Positions 1-13,400 of a DNA stretch of 64,000 nucleotides are shown here, one piece after another. Below the pieces are notes generated by a model. That model was not told where the DNA came from and searched no databases. It was given only the letters and a program-made list of their open reading frames with translations. The translations under genes and the position numbers were made by a program. This DNA is from Lingula anatina (lineage: Eukaryota; Animalia; Brachiopoda). Position 1 is the first letter of the stretch. Each line of letters begins with the position of its first letter. The stretch lies in assembly GCA_051362555.1 (NCBI GenBank), contig CM120648.1:3468587-3532586 (forward strand), read 5' to 3'.

Positions 1-3000
1 AAGTAAATCTTGATATAATGTGGCCTAATTAAGTCAATCGCATTACTTCAGTTTGCTCACAATATTCTTGCCTGCAACATTATTCCCAATAGAAGCAACG
101 TTTGAAACCAACTGAAACTGTTTCAAGAAATGCCATTCGCTAACATAAGTAGCAACATGTTGTACACAATTTATGCAGAGGGCTGTTTTTTAAAAACGCC
201 CGAATACTCCTATTTAGCTTACTGAATTATCAAAAAAGGTCTCACTCTCATTAAGGATCATTAAAATTCTATAGATATGTTTACCTCCAGCGCTTGCTCT
301 CCCAATACACGCGGCTGTCAGAAACAACAGTAATGGCTTCAATTCCATCATAACCTCAAATATCAAACTCAATAATCGATACCGTATTGGTTATTGATCA
401 ACGGTGCTGTTGTCGAAACAAAGCGTCCCTAAAAGAAGCGACCCAACTTGTTGGTTCTGCTCGGTCTGGCCCTTGTTTTAGGGAGCATGCTATTACAAGC
501 AGCAAGTGGCAAACACAGTGTATGCCAAATATAAACATTTCTACGCAATGTAAGGCGGAAATAAAGATTCGGTTTCACCTAAATCAACATTAAAGCAGGA
601 TGCAATATATGAAATTTATTCAAAGCACATTTAAAACACACTGACAGCCAATTGGTTTTACCGGTATATACCAGTTACGCGTATGATGGCCAGGAATTTT
701 CGATGTTATTTTCATGGTTTATTTACCACTACCCTTCATCTATGCACGGCTGAATGAAGACTGTAATTTCAAATCCGAGATGTTAATCCAAAGGAAAATT
801 TGCTATAGATGCTAAGTCCAGTTTAAAACCCTGTAATCCTTCCTGACGTACCCCGCCTCTACAGATCTAAAAATGATTAATAAAATTATACACTTTGACA
901 GGAAAGAAAAAGCAAAATATTAGGAAAAGGTTTATTTCGATGACATAGATTTACTTAATTCTGCGCAAATTTAATAGAAGGAATGAGCAGAAAAATAAAA
1001 CATTTAATGAAAGTCGCCGTTTATCTGAAATAGATTTGGCAACGCATCTTAAATTTCCCTTTAAATGAACAACGTGGACTTGACACCATAGCTTAAGTAC
1101 ATTTTTGACTCCCAATGAGCTCTATAGCTCATTGGTCGCCAGACACGCCAAGCAGAGAAAATGACGCATAACAAATACTGTTGCCTTGAGAGAAAGAAAA
1201 TGCGTTGTGTGCCCATTGCATGTACTGGTATACAGAAGGCAAGCTACACGAATAGTAAAAGCCGATTTTAAATAAAACTGCTAGGTAATATTTTCATGCA
1301 ATCAAATAGCATGCTGAATGTGTAGTTGAAGTACCCTGTACAATTTACTTATGAAGTTCGACTACATTACAGAAACCAATAGGGGAAGTTCCGGACAATT
1401 TCCTTCATGTCATGTTTCTACAATATACAGCATAGGGTTTTTTGGGGGGAAGGAGATGAGCGCTTTGGTCAAACAAAAAGATAGTAAACATTGATTTTGC
1501 ACATAATTAAGATAATAATAATAATAATTGTAATGTCTACGGTTAACACTTCTATCGTATGAGTAGGTAAAAGAGTTATAATCTGCCATGCGCATAAGTA
1601 GCCGAGTATAGAGTGACACGTAGATTTATACTGTAAATTGATCAATTTCTTTATTCTCACAGTAGAAGTACATCTGCACATACGTTATACATCTGATGAG
1701 TGACAAATGACTGAAGAATGACTCAGAAATGAAATAGCGCGGGAAATTTATTTTCCCGCTAACGTGGTCCACGTGACAGAATAAGCGGTGATGTGATAAT
1801 GTGACATCTTGTCAACCGGTTGCATACCAATCCACCAAGGTTGGTCTATTGTGCTAAGTACATGTAGACTACTGGCATTAAAGTCCTCGCCTCGTAACTA
1901 GGCTGACAATGAAGATTTGTCATGACGGCCATGTTAATATTTTAAGTTTAAAATTAGTCTAACTAACATCCACATACCCCCCCCCCATAAGCTCAACTAA
2001 TACAAATAAATGCAAACGTTCAAATTTTCGGCTTAGGCGCCTTCTTCGAGCATAATCTTTGTTAATTTTTACACTGTTCACTTGTCAACATTTGTGCAAA
2101 ACGCTCTAGATAAGGTTATCCGTGTTTGAATTCTCAAGCTTCTTGGCTTTTCTCGAATTTTATAAAACAGTCTCCGTAGACAAGTTTTATATAATGTCAT
2201 TTTGTACACGAATAAACAATGTGATTTTGTACACGAAATAATCGATAATTCTCGTGATGACGTAAATTAAACAATATAATTGCTTGGCGGTAATTAACAA
2301 TAATGAGTCGATCGTCGTGATAAAATAACGTAATTTGTTCTTATTTTTATCTGAAGTCAAAGACATAACGTCAGTGAAAGACAACCCACAGTCTTTGTCG
2401 CTTTTCTGTTAGACTCTTTGTTAGGCCTCTGACACGAAACGTTTTACGACTATTAATAAGAAAGTTCGTGACACGATACAGACGCTAATGACCCTTGCAT
2501 GTGTGTTGGGGTCCTCGTTCGTCTGTCATACGATACAAGCAGTCATTATCAGAGATTACGATTTATGTTTGAAACAAATGTTGATTTATTAAAGAAAGAG
2601 GAGGCAGCCATTTGGCTTGAAAAAAAAAACGGTGTTTAAAGGTTATGTGCATATGAGTACACTACTACATTATAATTTCATGGTGAAAAAATGGAAACTG
2701 GAAAAAAAGCCCTTTTATCCTCTTGTTCGCCTGTACCTACTGTACCAAGCATCATCACTCCATGCACGTATTGGATACGTCGAGCAGGCATTGAAATCCA
2801 GCAAGTTGATAATAATATTAAAACAACATTTGGTATGTCTTACGTAAATATAAAATATTATTTTGATGAACGTTGGAGTTTAAACACCAAGAATAAGTAT
2901 ACTTACTTTAAACAAGCCCAATATTGGCATTCATTTGAGCAACAACACTTCGGCTTAGACCTTAATTTAATAAATAGCTCTCTCCATTTAGTGGGATTGC

Positions 3001-3983
3001 GACAGATGTGCGTGGAAAATCACAGTGAATAGAAATGTCTGAAGAAACACAATGATTGATAAAAGTATCTTTGTATGACGGTAACATTGTTGGGCGTGCA
3101 TTTCCGTTTTCAGTACCGATAGAACCACAAGTGCTAATATGCTATATCAAAGTGAAAGTAATATCAATTTATTCTGAACGTTGAAGTGTTTAATTCATAC
3201 ACAAACATGGCGGGGAATGGGGCCTTTATGCCTGCATTTAACCTCTAACATACAGAGGCGGGTGACACTGGCAGTTTGCGAAAAACAGTTTTCCAGATGA
3301 CATTCGCCCCATATACTGCTCCCGACATTTCTGGCTACCCATAAACTGTACCAATGGAGATCAAAACCTCTATAGATCTCTATCATCTACGAAACTGATG
3401 AAACAGACTAACTTTTTTAAAAACTGTACTGATCATACGAGACACCAGTTATCCATTCCAAGAAGTACTGGCCCTATTCCCGTCACATCCTTTTTTTGCC
3501 ATCTCCATTGACCGAAAATCAAACTTAAACATATGATTCAAAGATCTAGCTTTAGTTATACATTTTACATTTCAAATTCATCAAATTTGCTCATTTATTT
3601 TTGATTTTCTTCCAAAGCCTGCAATGTCTATGTGACTTTTTGACTAACCCGAATACATTCTCTTCAGTGACATAGAGAAGCATATCAAACATTCTCAACC
3701 TTTGCCTTCAGTTTGTTTGATCCAACTTCCAATGTGAACACGAGACTTACTACCTACAACAATTTTACAGTCTTAAAGTATCTTTATTAAATGTTCGTAA
3801 TTATTGCTTCATACTCGATAATTTGAATCCTCTGAGTGAATCACGTTTGTTTATAAATTGTTTTTTAAGTAAAAACTACAATCAGATGCCATTCTGTTTA
3901 GTTTTAACACTCATCGCTTCATTTCCATTTATTTCATCTGTCATTGGATATATGAAACGTTTTCCCACCGAGGCACAAAGCCA

Positions 3984-6850
3984 CTAAACTTTTTCATCTG
4001 ATTGTACAGAGTTCAACAAGTGTAATTTCTTCTCCCGTAGAGACTCTAGACTCTTTGACAAGGATTTTAGATTTCGGTCTACTCCAACGTTCGATGAGAA
4101 CGACTGAAATTCCTGAAAATTGCGGTTCTTGGAATTATTCAGGTTTGTGAAGTTGCCACCATTCTGAACCACGTGATCGTGTGAGTAAGCATGGTTACAG
4201 ATCAATGGCGTGCTGCTACTGCGCCTGCGCAGCTGATCTAGCAGTTTAACGTCAAGCGTATTTAAAGCTCCATTAAAAGGGGTGATTCCATAAGAAGGAA
4301 CCATTAAATGGGAGTTGACGCTGTGATTCTCGTTAAATATACCACCCTTTTCGCCTTTCGTCAGCTCTCCGGGAAAAACAATGTTACCGGTACCATGAGT
4401 TGCTCGTATCATATTTCTGCAATTCTTCTCGTGCTTACTCGGTGAGGATGGCGCAGAAACAGACGATCCCGGTCGACCAGCCTCTGGAGAAACTAACATT
4501 ATTTTAGTCTTGCTCCTAACGTTTTCTTGTGGCATCTGTTGAACAGGGTTTTTGGCTGGGGAATCGTCTTCTACCACGTCATTAGAGTCAACATCTGGAA
4601 CCACCAGCATTTGCGTGTCTTGCTCGGTGACCCCGTTTCGTGAGCTTCTAAAACTCCAGTTTTTCATGTGAAATGCAGAGCGTTTGATGGGTGACTTTAG
4701 GCTGCCACCTTTGACGCTACCTCTACCCAGATGACTTCGTGCAAGGCCGGGACTCCCGGGAAGATCGACCGAATAGGCCGAAAGAGACACCGCCGATGAC
4801 GCCACAGATACTGTGGAGTGCTCACTGCGGGTTTTTAAACTTGAGGTAGTACGTCGTTTCTTCGGTGCCCATTTACACACCATACTGTTATTAGCTTCTG
4901 CCATATCCTTGCGCCCGTTCAACCAGAAAGTAACCATTTTACCTTTTCCCTAAAGCAAAAACATACACAGAAATTGATGGATGCTTTTACTAGCCATCAA
5001 GTACCGTATTATAATATACCATTATTTAATAATAATAATAATAATAATAATTATTATTATTATTATTATTATAAAGATCAACCGGGCTTGACTTGTGCCT
5101 TAACATATTATTGTAAAAACAATACCAATTAAGGCAACTCGTGTAAAATGTTTGCTTTTCTGATTTCTCTCTCCGGTGCATAATCTTAAAGTGATAATAA
5201 CTCTTCGTTTCGGCCAAAAAATTAATTTTCCTGGAGTAAACAACAATTTTCCCATACTTACCAATGGTTAATGAATCCATTTTTACATGCAAAGTTAGTC
5301 CCTGGTTTTTTTCTAAAAAGTTTGGTTTCTTGTTAAAATCTCTTAAGAGATTTTAACAGAGTATAGCCATCAATGGAGGTCACATGGTCTAAAGACAAGC
5401 TCAGATATCAGAATAATAGCTATAACAGCCGTTTTTGTGGGAAAACAGAATATATTATATTTTTATGAGTCACTCACAATGTTTTTATTTTGAAATACAG
5501 ATTTCATACGAAGAGTTATTATCCCTTTAACGTCCACTTTACTTGGCACACCTCGAGGGGGTGCTCGTTTACACAAGTCTACCTTAATCTCTATCTCCCC
5601 GCGTCTTTCGATGTCATAGCGTCCGGTGAGTTCCAGTGTCTCCACTGTCTGTGCGCTGGCATGAATCTTCATAGCTACACGGAGGAAGGGAAAGGGTAAA
5701 GAATACTGAAGTTTCAACTTTAGCAAACGAATTGATACAGATCATTTAAACTTATTCGTGAATCTTAACAAGAAAGGAGAGGGGGGGGGGGCGCCAAACT
5801 TGTATATAGATACAGCAGAGAGGAGACAAATGGCGATGTGACGTCACAAAGAATCACCCCTGCCCCCATGATAGTCCGGTTCCCATTTCCCAGTATTTGC
5901 ATAGGTAAGCCTCGCCCAAGATTTTGACCCACCTAGGTCAGGCTAACCTTAACCTGTATAATTAAATGGAGGTGGACTTTCTGTTACACGGACCCTCAGT
6001 TTCGTCACACTGGCTGAAAGGTGCCTGTAGACACAGGGACAGATAATAGTTCTTCTCTGATTAAAAAAAACGTGTTGTATTATATTTTCGCCTTGCACCC
6101 TCTCACAGGAAATGTAATGATTCGCTTAGAAAATAATATCTTTATATAATCAGTATATATAACATCTTTATAGAATTAAATGTGCGGAGAGGAGGAAGAG
6201 AAGGAAGGAGTAGAAAATGACCCTGGCTATGCTAAAGATAAATGTACTGTACTTACGGAGCCCATGTGATTCCATTCTGGATGCCGTATTCACTGTGTCA
6301 CCGAAAAGGCAGTAGCGAGGCATTTTACTCCCGACTACACCAGCTACACAAGGGCCTGTAACAAGAAAAATTAAAAAATGAAAATGCTAATATAGTGCTG
6401 ATACGTACAATTTGTACAAAGCCACACGCACTGCCAGTATTGTTTGTTCCGCTATGACCAGAAGGAGATTTCGGTGCGACTGAAAGAGCGTCACCCACAG
6501 TTTCAGAAGCTGCAGGTCCACGGTGAAAAAGCGTCGTTTCAATAGAATGTGTCCGAGAACGTACAGTCCGTATATTATATAAATCCTCCAAAACGGTATT
6601 AACCATTACTTTTTATTTTTTAAATGAAAATCCATCCCCAGGGTCCTGCAAGGGCCGGACACTAAAATGATTAATTCTTAAAATAATACTAAGATGATTA
6701 ATATTATTCCCATATAATGCCATATATGCTGCCATCTATACGTAAATAGAAAAAGTATTTTGAGAAATGAGAAGGTAGTGACACTATCAATGTGACATTT
6801 AATCATTACTTTAAATTAGACTTTCATGATTCATGACGGCTTTTAGTTCT

Positions 6851-6922
<72 letters not shown>

Positions 6923-7376
6923 TATTTCAATTAACGTAACGAATTGATTGATTTTAACAAAGTTTAATTGAGAAGATGCGTTTAGTAAAATCAGATGAAA
7001 TACGGGTTATAATCCGAGGCAACATTTTCGTGGAATATCGGAAACTTGTTTGATTTAATTGTCGATACAACTTCCGTAGTTCAAGGAAAACTTAAAATGA
7101 GTCATCCAGACGCCCAGACCCAAGTCCTAATTGTATTTGATGGTCTGAATACAAAGCCGGGTAGAACATGTACATGGTAAACTTCATGATAGCAGTGCTT
7201 AGCTGGAATCGTTTTTAACGGTAACCTCAAATTTATTTCAAAGAAGAGAAGTGTCCTTAGAAAGTATGATTCAAAGGAATTCTTTGTTTCCTGTCACATA
7301 TAGAACTACGCACACTGTCGAAAGCAGCTTATGGTGTTCAAAGCTTAAATATGAGATTTCTGACAAGCAAAGATAA

Positions 7377-7424
<48 letters not shown>

Positions 7425-10400
7425 ACAGGATCAAAATATATGCAATAGCGATCACGGGCTTCGTTTTTCAAAAGAGTTTTAGCCAAGTAGACCCATTTGT
7501 TTCTTAACGTTAGTCCAATTTTGGTCATATAGCCGCTTTGCTTAACATTCACCTATCAGTCAGAACTTGAAATTATGGCAAAACGTTGTTTTTGTGTTGG
7601 TTTACGGCGTTTTACAGAACATGAGCTCGTGAATCAGTCTTTGAGTTAATGAAATACTGTACTTTTAACAGCATCTGGCTCATGCTTCAGAAGCTAATAA
7701 CCAAGTGGACTGAGGAGAAACATTAACTGCCTGGACTTAATTTACGTTTATCAAAGCGTTTGCAATAACGTTAATGCGTAACACGTGTATCTACGAGAAC
7801 CGTGCTATTTCTATGATCCATCGAAATTGATTTCATAGACAACATCCTTAACAGAAATACAGTAGTATCATTATACTCAAGGAAATTAATCAAATGATTA
7901 CTTTGTAACTAAGCTGCGATTCTCAGTCTGTGACAGAGCGAGATTTTTTAGATCTGACCCTTTAAAACGAAAAGTCGTTCTTTCTCCAGAAAACGACTAG
8001 AAACAACGTGAATTGACCTGAATAAACACTGCAACATGTACAATGTAAAAACCGCCCCATGTAGTCCTTTCGTCAGGGGTCGTACCAAACAGCTATTTGA
8101 TCAGTAACGGAAGGGGCTCGTAGAAAAATAATCTCATAAAAAATGATGGAATCAGCAGCTGAGATACCCAGAGCTCCCCACTCAGGGTAACTACAGCGTT
8201 TCTTGAAAAAACAAGCCAATATATCAAGTAACGTCCGGATGCCAATATGTTTTATTGATCCTCACCAACTGGAAAGTACATCCATGTACTTTCGGCTTAA
8301 AAAAACTCAGGGTAGATAAGAATCTATTCTTCTGAACAACAGTGGGGTATGAGGATTTCGTTGAAATAAACATAAACATTCTTAAAAGTGTCCTGGGGAC
8401 CGTTCAGAATGAGAAAGGTCGCACTAACTACTAGATGTACGCACTAAGTCCACGTGGACTCTCGCTGAATGTAATCAGACTCACATGCCTTTTCGAATAA
8501 AATTAAGAGAAACTGGTTATTAAGCGTGTGTTGAAAAGAAGAGTAGGTATGTTAAACTGTTTGCATTCAGCGAGAGTCCTCGGGGAGTTACCTAGCTGGC
8601 GCGACCTAACTTATTCTGAACAGCATCTTAATTTTGTCATTTACTAGTAATATATCTTATAACAGCATATTCTAAATATTATTTCTGGGGGTTAGTATAT
8701 AGGCCTATATAATGTAAACCGTGACAAAAAGTGTAGAATTCAAAACACATTGGCTAAAATTGTCCGTAACCCTGACCACCCAATCATCGAATGGGATAAA
8801 TCGGAAGCAATTCTGTATGGTGTAGTGTTTAAAAATATTACAGATAATATTGTGAGGACAGTTTGCCTATATTATTTAGTAAGAACTCACATGGTGTAAT
8901 TAGAATTGGGAAAGGGGCTGATGTATGATTGAGAAATACTAACCGGTGTGTATGCCTATACGAAGTTTCAGCTGTTCGCTCGGAGCGTGCGGTATGCTCA
9001 CTTGCTTTACGGCGGCTACCAAATCTATGGCCATTGTGGCTATCTCCTCCGCATGCTAAAACCCAAGAATAATAGGATATTTACGTAGACGTATAAATAT
9101 TAACTTGACTCATTAACTTGAGTATATAATCTAAGTATATTATTTGACTATGTACAATCTTAATTGGCTCACGCATACTTAAAATACCGGTATATACAAG
9201 TACACTACAGTATATACATGTACGGGAACATATATTGAAACATACAGTAGTGAACTTTTTTGTAGTCGACGTCGCGACCAAAAATCAACGTTGAAACAAC
9301 GTGTGATGCCTGTTGTGTCTGCAGTTACTTTTCAATACAGTTTGTCCTTGAAGCAATATTCCGGTAAACATGACACATATTTTTGACTATCGTAAACGGC
9401 CACTTACTCGCTTGGAAGTAATAAAAATCCACCTATAAGTAGAAGCAGTACAATGTATTGATCTGTACTTAATAAACGGATACATATATGAAATAATATA
9501 CTTTACCATGGTTTAGATATAGAGTATAAGATGCACATGATGATAAGGCATTCAGGATGATGTATAGCTACCCCAGAGGGCTTGTCTTGATCTTGTTGTT
9601 TGTATTAATTTTGGTAATTGATCTATTCATCTTATGATCGATTCGATCACTCATTCAACTAAAAACTTGGGTATAATTGGTAAATATTGACGGAGCTTGC
9701 ATGGATTTGACTATTTCTAAATTCCTGAGTTGGCTTTATCGTGTTTGTTCCAGGTTCTTAAGAAATTAAACCACCCGTGTTCCCATTGTTTAAAACAACG
9801 TGCATTTTCCTCAAATACACGTAATGTTGTGTCTGTTTGATGAGCCTAATGTGCTTAGTGACGGATGAGAGCTGCCTTGGGATACAAAACGCTTCCTGTC
9901 TTAATCAAAAACAAGACAAGAATTATCGGATCAGAAATTCAAAGTAATTAGGACCTTTTGCTAAACAAAGGCGAGTCGAATGTTTGTGTATTAGTAAGTG
10001 CATGTGTCCACGAACAACGTGAAACATTACCATCTTCGAGCTCGCCAAAAAAAAAAGCTGTAAATGGGTTAATAAAAGCGCGTACCACATCATTAAATAT
10101 ACACGAATACCACACACTCGATCACTATTTAATAGCTCCAATGAACATTTATACAATGTAGCATAACACACTTGGCAGACTTCCTAGAAGCAGTCAACAT
10201 GCTTGGTTAAGGAGTGTACTTTTTGAAAAATGTTCGACTCAAATGGGACGCTGATTAGCAAATAGAGTCGCATTAATATGTGAATTGAATTTCACGGAAG
10301 TAATACTAAACAGGATGAAGGGCCACTGAGGGCGTAAATTGGTGTCTTGAGCGTTTGGAACTCTTCTTGGTAAATTACCAGGGTCTTCTTGGTATTTAAC

Positions 10401-13400
10401 GTTTCGTTCCACGCAACGGCAAGTCAATCCATCATCCCGCGTTCTAGCACTTTGCTGCAGTGTGTTTTTAGCGTATACATGCAAGTTTCAAACAAAGTCT
10501 AAACCTAGAGGCTTAGCTTCCTATCTTATCCTATCCCTTAGGCTGGTAGACCGTGGCCTAGCTTAGACGGCTAAAATTGCCGACTTTGAGGTATTAGTTT
10601 AAAGTTGCATTTGATGCGAGTTCACATTAAATTCTTGCCACTAAACCCGATCAAATGCCACCATTTAGTTTCAAATAACATAACCTTAAGAAATGCCAAG
10701 GGGTATGGCCTTATTATTCTCTAAAAAGGATTTATAACAGATATTTCTGCTTTAGTTCTGTGCTACTATAACCCCGGGTTGTTTTCGCAAGCGCTTTTTT
10801 ATCATTCATTAATACATCACATGGCAGACTTTAACCACTGGAGAGACGGATAATTAGATCAGATTTTCGACCAGATATTTGAAAAAGGTGCTGTTTTAAA
10901 ACTTTTTTGGCTTAACTAGTGATTAATTCGGTTTATTCTCTGGCATGTGGATCAAATAAACTGGTAGTAGTAATTTACATGCGTTACAGGGAATCTGTGT
11001 TCGCTTCATGTGTAACTTCAATAAAAGCGTTGTTTCTTGTTCAATTAACACGTAATTGTATTTAGGTGACATACCAAAAAGACCCATTATCACCATTAAG
11101 AGTGACAATGATCGCCAATACCGTCATGGTTATTATGTCCCATTGTGTCTTTATATATTGTTCAATTCAAAGGTGTCATGTGGATTATTTTACCTTTAGA
11201 TTTCGTTCGGTCCGAGTGAAAATCATTGCGATAATTTCCACGCCAAGTCTCCGTCCGTTTCTAGAATTTCAGATCACTCTACGATACAACTAAAATAATC
11301 CGAATGCATTACAAAACTCCTTATTCATAGAAAAAAGAGTCACTTACCATATGGCAAAAAAGAAAACGATTTTTTAACTGAAAAGGCGTTGGAGACCACA
11401 ATTTTACCACAAGGCGCAATTTCCCTGCCACTAATTGGGTGTTCAATAAGTCTTCAGGGTTCTTTTATATCGCCATAGGCTGATATGTGTCCGCCTACAA
11501 GTTCATTTGGAATTGTGATATGCTCACTCCAGTAGTAACTTTGGAAAATTACTCTCTGTCCATGTGTTGCAACAATATAAAATTAAATGAAGTGCCATAG
11601 CTGTTATAGTACGGAACGGATAGACAGATCTTTGGCACCTCTGTATTTTGAATCCCACGTACATGCACAGTTCCGTCTCAAATTTCAACACCCCAATGTT
11701 CTTCAGTTTCTCTTAATTGTTTTTTTTTTTCTCATCCGCTATTGCCACCTCTATACTAAAAATACTGGAATCCTTATGCAGGTATCTGTAAATCAAAATT
11801 ACAGTATTGACGCACATCAGGCATGGTCAAATTAAATGTAATGTTGTTCTCTTGTCGCAGCGGACCGTAGTTAATAACTCGCAAGGGGCGATTGAGGTGT
11901 CATTTAGATCTTCATTACGGCAGCATTAATATCGTGTATTTCCCTGATACTATAGTCGAGAGAGAGAGAGAGAGAGGGTTATAGAATGGCTGTTTGTCTT
12001 CTTGATACTCGTCTTTCTTTTCGGAAAATAATAGCCAAAAATGGATTCTAATGCAATTTGATATTTAGACGTATATAGCAGACTCCTCTAATGGTGCTGC
12101 CTTTCAGATCTCCGCTATAATATATGTACAAATTATGAAAAAAAAAATTCAAAAGAAAATCTTGACCAATTTGGACAGTATAACGCCAAGACCGACAGCT
12201 ATATTGATCTTTTCGTGACATGCTGGGCACATTCATAAGAGTTTATGTCATTTTCATTGAAACATCTTTGATTTACTAAGGCGAACAGATCCTTCAATTT
12301 TCTTTTCTCCTCCATTGTAATGGGGCATGTCCGATAAATCGTCAATGGGTATTACAGATTGATTGAAACAAATACCGCGCGAAATTGGCACTCTCGTGCA
12401 AAGGTCACCTTCTAGTGACCCCATCAACATCTTCAGAAAGAAAGCAAGGAGAATGTGATCGACGAAAAGAAAAAAGGAAAGAGCAGAAAATGATCTTAAG
12501 CCCGTGGTAAATTCTATCTGACACAACTCTCAATTACACATCTGTTGTTAAGCATACAAATGATGTCAGTCTTTGTATTTATCAGACACTTCGTATTACG
12601 CGTTATGTCATTTCCCCAGACTACATCAATAAGGCGAGAGGAAATGACTCGGTAACGTATTTATTCCTTGTATTAAGATCAGTCTTCATTTCTTATCTAA
12701 GCGCACTATATTGGGATTACAGCCAAGTCAATTGTCGCAGATATTGCTTCCAGGGACAAATGAGACTTAGCAGTATGAACTGATTAGATAAGAAATAGTG
12801 ATCTTCTTCAGTGGCTCGTCTAGACTTTAGTCATAAATTAGATTTTTCGGTTTGGTTCACTTGCACTACAGAGATAAAATTCAAAGAAAAAAGGTTTGCT
12901 GTCAAGCAGAGAAATGGATTTCAATACTTTTCAATGCCGATTGCTACAAAACATCACTATTTTTTATTTTATCTTGAAAACAATTTCCGTCTTTTCCATA
13001 CGTGTAGCATATGAGGTACATGTACCACTCATTTATCCAGCCAAACCAAACATTTGTTACACCCGTCCATCAATCCTGTTTTTTCCTTCCTTCCTTCCTT
13101 CCTTCCTTCCTTCATTCTTTCGGCCCTTTATTCATTCGTTCTTTAATCCATCTATTCACCCATCCATCCACTCATTCTTTTTATGTCCTTTTGCAGTGAC
13201 GTCAAATTCATCCAATTATTCATACCTTACAGCGCACTTTGTTACTTAACTAATCGATCACTTGTTTCTGATTACAATTCTATTAATTCGATAAATTTTC
13301 TGGCACAAGTTGACAATATCCAGTTGAAGTTACCGGTGTTTGCAAGTATAAATATGCATCAATCAATTATGTACAGATGTGAAGCACTGATGATGAACTT

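Noticed and set aside
1693-1735. CTGATGA...GAAA hammerhead-like text
   Set aside because: No stem II directly closing onto GAAA and no stem I/III pairing.
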